This document shows, piece after piece, positions 28,518-39,699 of a stretch of DNA of 64,000 nt (within the stretch, counting starts at the first letter, position 1; each line of letters opens with the position of its first letter). The notes beneath the pieces are model-generated. The model searched no databases, was not told the origin of the DNA, and was given only the letters and a program-made list of their open reading frames with translations. Origin of the DNA: Antedon mediterranea (lineage: Eukaryota; Animalia; Echinodermata); contig NC_092671.1 of the NCBI RefSeq assembly GCF_964355755.1, positions 19,592,001 to 19,656,000 of the forward strand, read 5' to 3'. A program made the translations under genes and the position numbers.

Positions 28518-31500
28518 GTACTGTATGATATTTATCAAGACAAACAACAAAGAATGTCATAGTTTTGTATTTTAGATAATTATTTATTATTATATCAATC
28601 AATGTGCAAAACTTCTCTGATTTCTCCACTATTGTAATTATCACAAGCAACTTATAGTCAAAACGGTTGAATTACATAGTGGGAATAAGCCAAAGCCTAC
28701 TTCACTCACTCTAATACTATATTTAACTATAAAGTGTTCATCTAAAGCATTGTTGATGTTTAATTGATACCAAATAATAATAACTCTATGTTCACACTTT
28801 GTACATAATTGTATTCTAGCCATATTGCTTATATCCTTGAGCAGCACACTTTATCTACGTGTCTCTCTCCACCCACAACATGTACTTGGTAGGAGGTGGA
28901 TTATCTAAAAAGAAATTTGGAGTGTTAAAATTAGTTCCACTAGTTGTCAATGACAAAGTCACAATTACCTGTCATCTGATGAACATACCTAATAACACCC
29001 ATGTGTATGCAGTAATGACAAGAGGAAGTTCTAAACATCAAAGAAAAATATGATTGGGAAGAATAGTTTCATGGAATTTAATGGGATAGTCAGGCTTTCA
29101 TAAAAACATTCTACCTTTTCAATACTCTGTTCTTCTCAGATACAGTACTGTAAACTATATTTAAGCAAAAAAAACAATAACAAAATCAACATTTACATTT
29201 TTACGATTTATTAACAAAGTGTATTTACTAGAAATTTTCGCGATTTGCCAGAAAACTCATTATGTAAATTTTGCGATGCACCTGTGACGTCACAGCAATT
29301 TAAATCTATTTTGAAGTAAACTGTTTATTTGGCGCTATGTATGTTCACAGATTATTTTTTGGGGTTTATACTTTATTAAAAATAAAATATTTCCATTAAT
29401 TAATTATAACACACACACACAAATATGGCAAAAACAACCATAAATTTGAACTGAATTCAGTTGTTAATTAATAGAAAGTATTACATGTTACACTGTTGGA
29501 ATTGGTTTGAATTAAATGCTACCTAATAAATCGCTCACAATTTAATGCACAACACTTGCTCATGTAAAAGTTCTGAATTACCTTTAAAATACATTTACTG
29601 TAGTAGTGCCATTTAATAAAGACATTAAATACACATTATCACCTGTGTGTATTCTTGCTCATCTGAACTTTCAACACATAAACTTTAAAGTGCTTTGCTT
29701 GAAACATAATCATATTTTCACATGAGAGAATGTTGTCTATTGTTGCATTTGAGTTCAGTGCATCAGGTAGGGTTCATGTTTGCCAAACATAAACTTTTAT
29801 ACAGCAGAATACTAAAGATTTCAATTTTGCGGTTAACGATGGTATTAATATTGCCATTAATAATTTCAATATGGCAAATATTTTGTCTATGTTCAATGAT
29901 CAAAATGGTTTATACACTCCACATATATGATATGCATAGTGATCCCGGGAGTGATCCTGCTCTCCACAGTTTATCCATTCATAGAACCATGATGAAGGAA
30001 GTATGTAGAATGGTCCCAAGACATGACTATTACTGTACTTCGGATTTAGTTGGTAGAAGATTAAAACATTTGTTAGAAATAGAGTAACTGTATACATACC
30101 CATAGGCCCAAGTGGAATTATGTGACGTAATGCCTGAATGATCATAATATCAAAACGGTACTGGGTATGATAAACTATAAATGTTCCTGCTCTCCACAGT
30201 TAATTTTAGTGAAAAAAACTCGCTTTATAGAGTATACCACTTTAACCACCAAAGCCAAGCCTAAATTTAATCAGTACCTTTTTTACATAATGTCCTATGT
30301 TAAAGGTAAATTTACCTATACAAACTTGTTTCAATATGAATCAAACAAAACCAGCGGTTTACCTACAGTATTCAATATGCGGCATTTGGCTGAAATTGGC
30401 TTAAAACACATTCAGAACTGAGCGAGTAGCTATCTTGGGGTTTATGAGGTTAGTTTTGGGTTAGCACTATCATCATTTTAGTATAAGTGTTACTCATAAA
30501 GAAAGATTTTACTATAATTAAAGACATAATGATTGAGAATATAACAGTCACAAATTCTTACTAAAGTTTTTAATAGTTCTATGTATATATAAAATCTAAG
30601 CAATTATGAAGCGCTGTCAAATTGCATTTAAATCTGATTGTTTACTAGTGCTTTCTTGCTTACAACCCTGTTAATGGCAACATCATGTATTTTTATGTGA
30701 ATTTATGGGATACTATGAACATGACACCTAGTATTCTGCACAACGATAATCAACTTATGACGTGTACATTTTCCATAATTAGAATGGTTGTTCCATATTA
30801 TAGTATGCACAATTTGAAACAGAATGTGGAGATAATTTACTAATGTTGTTCATCAAAGAGCAATGGTATCTGGCCAATGGCAGAGCTGTGTAGTATTCAA
30901 ATATTACTGTTGATGTTTTTCCATTGCAGTTTAAGCTACACAATTGCCTTAAAATATGTAAATGAAAATCATCTATTGTTGTAATTAAAATTTAGCATAG
31001 TATAAAACCTTATACAGGAAAGACAAAATAAGACAACGGTACTTTAGGTGTAGCAATGGTTGCACTCTTGCTGTCATCCTCATGTAGCATGAAGTATAAT
31101 TTTAAACCATGTCAAAGTTTAAATTCCCTTGTTGAATATACACATTTTGCATGCACACTAGTCAACATAAAAACTTTATAAACCGTAAATGATGACGATT
31201 ATAATCATTTAACTCATACATTATTATGCACAGCCATCATTTATTAATAACATAATAGACCTTCATGAAATTTCCCTTAAAAAATGACAAAAAACACACA
31301 CAACTCAACAGATCCTGGCATAGGCCTACAGTAATGCCAAATTGAAAACATCTGGTATCCAGAATGATTTGGGGATTTTCTAATTTAATTCCAATCTGGG
31401 TTGGAGTTAATTATGTTCTCTAAAGTGGGTTTAGCCTGCTAACTTACTAATCATATTGGACTGAATCTAATGGTTGATGACACAAACCTTTTTCAATTCT

Positions 31501-32180
31501 AATCCAATTTACAGCTTCTACTCAATTTCTAATACTTTGTTTAAATATCAGCAATTTCATAATTTTCATATTTCATAATAATAGTATTCATAACAATGTT
31601 ATTAGCTTTCGTTCCACATCTCTTCCTCATAATTTGTACAGATGAATGAATCAGAAAATGTTTTCAAGTAATTGAAATTGAAATAACAAGTGAACCGTAT
31701 ATAAAAGAACAAAAAGGTTTAAAGAGAAATTCTACTTGTAATAATTTACTATAGTGAAGTATGTATTTAAATTGCCATAGTGTATGGAGGATGTAAATCA
31801 AAGATTATTATGAGAGATATCATGATATCTAGCAAGAAATCTGCATTACAAGCTTTTACTTACGATATACCAGATGATCAAAATATTGCAAAGAACAATG
31901 GTATATTATATTTAAAATTTTTTAAATATTAATAAAACAATATATTATAAAATTATTTTATTGTGTTTTATTTAAAAAATCCATATGGTCTTCCCTAGTA
32001 TGTGAATTATAATGTTAGTTTATCGTAATAGCCCTCGAGACGGATGGTACACTGATTTTAATATAGCATAAATTATCATAATTTGTATTTCATATTTTAT
32101 TTCATGGATGGAGTCCAAACAAAACATACAAAAATTGTAAGAGTATGGGGTGTGTGAACTTGTTTTTGAAACAAGTCAAT

Positions 32181-32645
32181 AGGGACTTTGCAAAACACGA
32201 CTGTTAGGGGAGGACGACGAAGATCCTGTGTGCGCTAGAGTGTAAAATCATAAACAGTCGACATAGCGGTTTTATTAGTTACTTACCCTGCGCAAAGACG
32301 ACGAGTGGCAGTATCTCTCTTTGATCCCTACCCTGTCTCGTGGCACGGGGCCCTACTAAATCGCTTGACTTTGGCGATACAGCATAGGCCTAGCCTTCCT
32401 AGCTTTCATTAAACAAATAAATTAAAAGTTCCAATACTATTTAGAGTTTTGAAAATTAAAAAAAAGTGTAATTTGAACTGTATATTTAAGGTTATACATT
32501 ATTTCTAGTCGTTCTCCGTAAATAGGAAAATGGCAATTTTATCGTTTTTAAAAAGTTAAAGAAGACAGAAATTCACGCTAAGCTTCGTCCATTTTGTTAA
32601 AGCTCCACCGTCCTGTGACTTCTCGTCATGTTTCGTAAAGTCCCT
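32181..32645. mobile_element. Harbinger-type MITE
   Basis: TIRs agggactttgcaaaacacgac / gtcatgtttcgtaaagtccct with AAT TSD. Confidence 0.8.
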
Positions 32646-33471
32646 AATACTAATAACAAGCAGAAGCTACAACATCGCCAAAGATAACAAATTCTAATTC
32701 GGGCAAGGAAGGAATAACTTGTCCCCATTTTGGGGGATCGAAAGGCAGGTTGGGTAAAAAAGATGAATTTTAACACGATCACCTAAGATGTACAGTTAGT
32801 ACAGTTTCCAGAAGAAATGGGTTACTAAAAAATACGGTATAAAATTTATACCGTATTTTATACCGTATTGAGGAGATGCAGCAGAAACAGGCCCTCATAC
32901 AGTAATTTAATATCATCTAAATACTACATACGGTAGTCCCTTATGTCATAACTGAAGATTATGAATGAAAAAAAAATATATCTTTAATTTTTAAACCAAA
33001 TTAGCAATACTATATGACATGACGATAACTACATTATAATCCATTACAACTAAAACTGTATAACAATTAACATACTTGAAATAAAGGATGACAAATTTGA
33101 CTATAAAACTGTAATGCATTTATACAGTGCCCACTTGCCTTGTTATACAGTACACAGAAAAAACCACAGATATATTTGTATTCAAAATGTACAATTCTTC
33201 TAAAATCCTTGACATATTTCACTTTAGTTTACCAAACAATGGTTTAAAACCCAGAGGTGTGCCATCTATTATCCATGTTAAGACCAAACTCCTACATACT
33301 GCATTTGATTTTGTAAATATTCACTCAGTTGACCAAAAGGGGTTATCCCACACTACTAATCCTAAAATAGTACGGAAAACCTTTCATTACTGTGAATATG
33401 AACCAAATAATCAGCTATATACACTTTAGTACTCCAGCCTTAAAACCTATCCGTCTGGGATACAGGTTAAA

Positions 33472-33993
33472 GACCCATTCCCTACAATTTTTTTACGTTG
33501 TTAAAGTCAATAATGGATACAGTAATACTATATCACTTGTTTTATGGTAAATTATGAGAAAAAGAGAGAAACAATACTACTACTACTGTAAGTAGCTCAT
33601 GTCGAATGTCATCTCTTATGGACATTTTGTAGGCCTAGCTAGAAAACAGGAGTAACATACGGCCATCGCATGCTAGCTATAGGCCTAGCCTGACGTTGTC
33701 TAGTTAATTTAATTGTCTTTCTGTTTTTAGCAGAATCTGTTATATCTGTTAATACAGATCAGGGAAAATCCAGTATTTTCGCTGAAAATGTTTCTGTTTT
33801 GGCCAATCATAATTGATCAAAAGTAGATGAATCACAGAAGAAATCCTAAATGACATTTGTTACATATTCTTCAAAAACAATAATTAAAGTGCGCGGTGTG
33901 ATCACATAATGTTCAGAATTGTTTCCTTTCTCTTTAATTAGTGGTACTACTCAACTCAAAATTTATTAAATGTGAATCGTGGGAATAAGATAT
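33472..33993. mobile_element. Possible degenerate Kolobok-like element
   Basis: ttaa-agacccattccc ... gggaataagatat-ttaa gives TTAA flanks with weak inverted termini. Confidence 0.35.
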
Positions 33994-34750
33994 TTAAAAT
34001 ATTTGTTGCTGTTCAAGCTTTATCAATTATACATAAATTTATCTTTATACTAATCTGGAATAATTCATACAATTGTGAGTTCATATATTTTAGGTTAAAA
34101 CCAGTCATGGAAAACCAACCTAAATCTAAAAAATACTAAACCTGGATTCATTGAAGGCTGGCAATTAAACCGTACAATAATCTTCACACACACAAACCAT
34201 GGAGGTATACACAAACTAAACTACAAGTTAACACCTATACTTTACTTATCCAACAACCCTTACCCACTCTCTTTCATAGGATCATTTAAATAATTTTTGA
34301 CAAGTTCTGTCTATATTAACTGTAGCATTAATATCAGAATTTCAATTTCCGTAAGAGCTTTATGAAATTTGGGTTAGCAGTTGCATAATGAGTTGTCATT
34401 AGAACTCTTATCGTCACACTGTAGAAAGTCAATGCAATCATCACTACTTTGCAATTTGACATTCAATACGCAAAGTACTGATTAAATTTTACAATACATA
34501 AAATTCTTCAAGTATGCAGAAAATTGTGCTATTTTCTATATACTATGAATAAAAAAAATATGTATACAATTTAGCTTGACTTAAATAATCATAAATATGG
34601 AGATTGTTTGATTTAAATTTAATTTCCCTATCAGAATAACAGTTTTATATAAATAAATAACTTAGGCATTAGTTGACAAGTTGCCAATTCATAGAGTTCT
34701 TGTTCCATTATGGATATATATATATATATATATATATACAGTATATAGTA

Positions 34751-34920
34751 TTGCACTGATGAAGGGCTAGTGTTGCCCGAAAGCTCTGCTAACTTTTCTG
34801 GCTGTTTACTTTATCGTTTTGATTTAGCTTTTTGCTTTTTATTTTTGTATCTCCATTGAGATCCAGCCACTGATACCCACAGCATTGTCATTTTTTTCAG
34901 TAATTTGCCTTTGGATTTAT
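34751..34920 (+). mobile_element. Penelope-like pseudo-LTR / retrozyme-like repeat, copy with intact hammerhead
   Basis: The hammerhead is followed by a T-rich body ending gagatccagccactgatacccacagcattgtca..cagtaatttgcctttggattta. It lies next to (TA)n. Two more copies occur in the window. Confidence 0.7.
34753..34789 (+). ncRNA. Minimal type I hammerhead ribozyme (Penelope-like-element type)
   Basis: The motif reads gca-CTGATGA-a-GGGC-tagtgtt-GCCC-GAAA-gc-TC-tgc. It has a complete catalytic core, stem I gca/tgc, stem II GGGC/GCCC and a palindromic AGCT helix III. Predicted cleavage is after C34786. Confidence 0.75.
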
Positions 34921-34947
34921 ATATAGTATTTGTTAGATACAGTATGT

Positions 34948-35010
34948 ACTGGGCCCTCTGGGAAAATAGTATTTGTACTGAAGAGGTAATCCAGTAAAGA
35001 AAAAATAAAT
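34948..35010 (+). mobile_element. Isolated LINE/SINE 3' tail homologous to the tail of the 16.1-kb SINE
   Basis: actgggccctctgggaaaatagtatttgtactgaagaggtaatccagtaaa versus the SINE tail actgggccctctgggagaccagtctttgactgaagaggttacccagtataa. Confidence 0.7.
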
Positions 35011-36113
35011 TTTAGATAACATTACAATGGAAATTTGGCCCAAGTACAGAGTATGTACAGACGTAGCAATACTAAAATGTATGAAAAATTATGATTCAGC
35101 CTAAATTGCATATGGTATACGTGATACCAATGTTTGAAGTGTGATAAAAAACGAGTTAATTTTTCTGTAATTTTATATTACGGAAATTTATTATAGCAAG
35201 TACAGAACCCTCTATACTATAATGGAGGCTAGCTGGCTTTAATTACTGTACATAACTGTAGTTCAATCAAAATAAATATAAGAGTTTTTTAAATATTTTT
35301 TTGAGCAATTATAATAGTAGCTGATAAAATAAGATATGTAATGCTGTTGTTCATATGATTAAAAGTGCATTTCCTATATATAAAACTGGTAATATACAGT
35401 AGATGTCACTGTGTTTTAATACACAGGTGTCAGAGTCAACATTTAAAAGACACAAAACCTGCTTGAGTTTTACAATAATGCTATTCAATTCTAACTATTG
35501 TTGTATTGTCTGGCTGCCTTTACAGTGATTATAAAAGTAAAGTACTCCTCATAGTACTACAGTATGTTTCTGAGTAAATAATCAAGAATAGCAAGAATAC
35601 ATGACATGAAAAGCAATTGTTGGTGCACAGGTAAATAGACCGAGCGAGGAGGAAGCTGTGTATGCATATCATATATTTAGGTGGTAGAAACTAAGAAAAT
35701 GGTACCGATAAATCATTAGAATAGTTTGTATTTTATTGGCAGGTGTGGTTTTGTGTTGGGATGTTTATAAGGCAAGAAAATCTGGTATAATCCTAACTTA
35801 GACTGAAACTCTCTGACGTGCCTACAAACCTTGGAGTGGTTTCCATATACTGTAAATAGTATTGGTCTCACAGTAATAACATTGAAGTCTCCCAAAGACG
35901 TTCTAGCAAGAAATTATCTCGACAAAATGTACTATAGTAAGGGGCTTACTTTTAATATAAATAAATTAGCATTGATTAAACCCAGACATCAGGCGAACTT
36001 TGAGGTTTTCGCTTATATAATATATAAATTTCGGCGCTTTAATTCCAACATCCATTCAAACAACAAACAAATGGTATTGATAAACTACTATAAATAGGCC
36101 TAATGTTACTTAC

Positions 36114-36204
36114 GGCTATGTACTTGAGGAACAAAACTCAGCATCCCCAGCAAAATAAACTGAGTATGTACTATCCAACGATGGAACAAAATTCCACGAG
36201 CCAT
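36114..36204 (-). CDS. Coding exon 1 (signal peptide) of a DCC/neogenin/protogenin-family Ig/FnIII receptor
   Basis: The minus strand reads acgATGG (strong Kozak context), then MARGILFHRWIVHTQFILLGMLSFVPQVHS plus 1 nt (C), then a GTAAGT donor at 36113-36108. It has a basic N-region, a hydrophobic core and a V-H-S cleavage motif. Its phase-1 end joins the Ig exon in frame (C+AA = Gln). Confidence 0.85.
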
Positions 36205-36600
36205 CGTAATAATATCACTTAGGTCCACATAAAAGTCATATATAATATAAAACTGTTCCAAAAATCCTATGAAAATCTCAGTTATTGACTTGACACAATG
36301 TAAGCATGTACACAGACAGTACTCCGATTGGTAACGACCTCCAACAGAACTGTCTGCACTGCACTCGTCGTGTATTCACGGATGAAGTTTCATATGACCC
36401 CGTGTCATGTATACCTTATTTGGCTTCATTCTTATTATGTAGTCAATTCATTTGACCAATCAGAACAATTAGAACTATTCTGATGTGGATCTAAATGAAT
36501 GATTTTTCTACAGCGCAGTCAGTATTTTATTATGTGGCGCCGAGTATTCTCGATACGTCAATACCTTTACAAATGGCAGCCGTATATTTAACTATACTTT
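36205..36600 (-). promoter_or_regulatory. 5'UTR and proximal promoter of the Ig receptor gene
   Basis: Locally CpG-richer sequence directly upstream of the ATG. It contains CCAAT boxes (ccgattggt at ~36325, gaccaatcag at ~36454) and a YY1-like aaatggcagcc at ~36571. Confidence 0.55.
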
Positions 36601-39600
36601 AATAGCCAAGAGGTTAAAACAAATCACCAAATTAAAGCATAATGCAAATAAAAGTGAAAACTAGGAACCAAAATTAAGCTTTTGCGTTCAAGTTTTCTCC
36701 GAGTTAAATTACTACTGTATATTTATGTTACGTACTATAGTAATATACCAAGTATTTGATCGTGTGAAAACAAAAAAAGTACAATAATATTAGTACGACC
36801 ACATAAATTATTATCAATATATATACTTTATCGGGGTTTCTATTAGATTATATAAAATATTAGATAATTATCGGAATAACAGTACGATACTTTACTTAAT
36901 TATGACTTAAAGCATTATGTTTTGCAATATTGCAAATAAGATTGATAGTTTTATGTAAGACTGTGTATGGGGATAGTTATAATGCTTGCAAGATTATGTC
37001 TTTCGTCAACGATAAATTTATAAATGATACAAGCGATTTATAAATGGCATATATAGAACACGTTCGATCCCTAACTGTCCCTTATGTGACATTGCATGGA
37101 ATCCGTCATGTTTGTTGGTACAGTTTATTGATAATAATTCAGATAACTGCTATTATTTTGATTGCACTTAACTGTACACAGGCCTACTAAATACCGTAAC
37201 GTTTAACCATTACACAGATTCACTTTTTTTTATTTGGAAATTTCAAATGATCTTGAACACGCTTCTATTTTTATTAGCCCCTATATTACAGGGATACCGA
37301 TTAATATTCTATTTGCGTTGGATTGCGTGATCATAAAAATAATAATAGTAAAATTGGAAAAATTTAAAGCAGCTAAAATACCATAGCTTACATTATACCA
37401 ACTAGACTTCTAAACGGATACGTCGACTAACTGATGTTTATCATTAATTTTCTTGGACGCGGAACAGAAATATATTTAGCAGAATGTTTAATAGTTATAT
37501 ACGACCACAAATAGGCAATTTGTAATTGTAATTTTCTGCCCTAGCCATCAGAGACGTCGGTGGTGTATTTACAGGATATATTTGGCGCCAGACCACACGG
37601 CCATTATGCGCATCGATTAGGACTACATAGGTAATACTACAATTGATAATTTCTACAGTTTATTCGAGCATTCAATGCGTGTATCAGCGTCCGTCTCGAC
37701 TTAAATCAATTAGGATCGGAAATGAAAAACAAAATGAACAAAATAATAAGACAAGTGATTCATGTTATGTGCCACGACTCTAGTCGTATTGTTAAATTTA
37801 ACCACCTGCAGGATAGAATACGTGCGCGTAATTTGTACAGAGACTGTGCGCATGGTTCTCGACGAACGCATGTTCATCTTAGTAAATTTAAGACGTCCGA
37901 GCAAGGTAAGTTTCGTGGGGGATCGAAAGAAATCCCTCTACTTGAAGTGCCCTTTACAAGGATACCATAGAATAATAGATTATTTGGCTCGTAAACCTTG
38001 ACATCAGGACAATTTTATCCAGGTTTAAGCCTCTATATTTTCTTCACTGTTACTTACTCTTAGCACTTCCTCCTTTTAGGGGGAAAAACGTAGTACTGGC
38101 TTGGAAAACTCGGCATTTCTCTCTTATCCCCTAACCTTGGCACGAACATCTTTGGCGAGTCTTTAACCCAGTTCGTTTTATCATAGGCCTATATACTGTA
38201 GATCCTATGAACCCTTTTCCGTTTCAAGAACCTCTGGATGAGTTATCACAGGCGAGAATCGTATCAAGTTTAAACGTTCTTCTCGTCAACTATATAGACT
38301 ACAAATGCATATTTTTTGGCTAATTTTCAGTTAACTTAATAATATACAGTAACTATTTTGACATTAAAATTAAAAAGCTTAAGACAATTAAACCTCCACA
38401 GAGGTGTAAAACGCGATTCTTTATAGTTATCTGTAGTTTAATGCCTATAAAGTATTATTTTCATGACATAAATTCTCTGTTCTGCCTGTTGCTGATAAAC
38501 TATTACTATCAATTATTAGTTATACAGGTACTATTTAATTGTTGTAATTTGTTCTGATCGACTACGACAGTAATCGTGTCGGTGGGTTAATTAATTTTGG
38601 TATCTGTTTATTGTATTGATTTTGTATCTGTTTGTTTATATATTTATTTTTAAGAACGCACCATGTATGAACGTGTACCACCGTTGTAAAGGTGTAGCTT
38701 CAATAAATATTATTAATAAATAAATATTATTATTATTATTATGAAACACAAGACTATTAACGTCTGAGGGCGTAAAGCAGAGTATACCGTTTAATTAAGT
38801 TCTATAACGATTTACAACGTATGAAAGTGATACACAATAAAATAAGTTCTTTTTGTCTTGTTAACTCAGAAGAGGAAGTCTCGGGGTAACTTTATTATTA
38901 TTATTCCAATCCGGCCATCGGTGAATATGAATCTGTCAAAACATATATCGCTAATTACAATCATCATATTGGTACAGTAGGCCTATACTTAACAATACAT
39001 TTTTTTCCTTCAATTTTCCCGTTTTATATTTTGATCATAACGCAAGCTACCGTCGTCAACAATTTTCAAAATTATTCAAAGGCATGTACATGACGTGCTG
39101 CATATTTGAAAGTGTATGGCGATTTACATGGATGAAAATAACAGAATGTTCTCAACTTCAGTCAAAATTATGTCTCACGGAACCAACAGGTATATATACC
39201 TGTATTGTTTGTAGTATTGTTGTTCAAAGGTTTGTATGTCGAAGAAATACTAAAGTGTTTTTCATTATCGCTGCCTTTGTACAAATATATTTCTAGAATA
39301 AAGGAAATAAATCACCATATAAACATTACTTTGATCTTCTATTATTAATATTTGCTCAAAATTAAAAAACAAACATAGGCCTTTCATGGGCCTTACTGCA
39401 ATGTGTCATGTTCTTCATACAATAATATACTAAGCCACTAACTATAATTTACTACAAATCTCCAAGCACCTTTGGTTAATAAACGTCTTCCTATTTCTAC
39501 TGTATTGCGAAAGTATTTTAACAGTATTTACTATCATAAATTTCTGAGTAAGATGAGATCTATTATCAATTTCTATTTGCCCACTTACAGAATGTGTAGT

Positions 39601-39699
39601 AATGTCAACAGAAAACAAAACAATGGTAGTACAAATTATCCAAGTGTTGAATACAATGAATAGTTATTGCTAATAATTAGGTTGTGTTTGATCAATTTA

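Larger units (their letters stand above)
3394..36113 (-). other. Intron 1 (32,720 bp, GT-AG, phase 1) of the Ig receptor gene
   Basis: Bounded by the donor and acceptor above. I found no convincing coding exon in between. Very large first introns are typical of this gene family. Confidence 0.8.

Noticed and set aside
38182-38209. catagg...cctatg mini-palindrome as another P-type scar
   Set aside because: No flanking target-site duplication.
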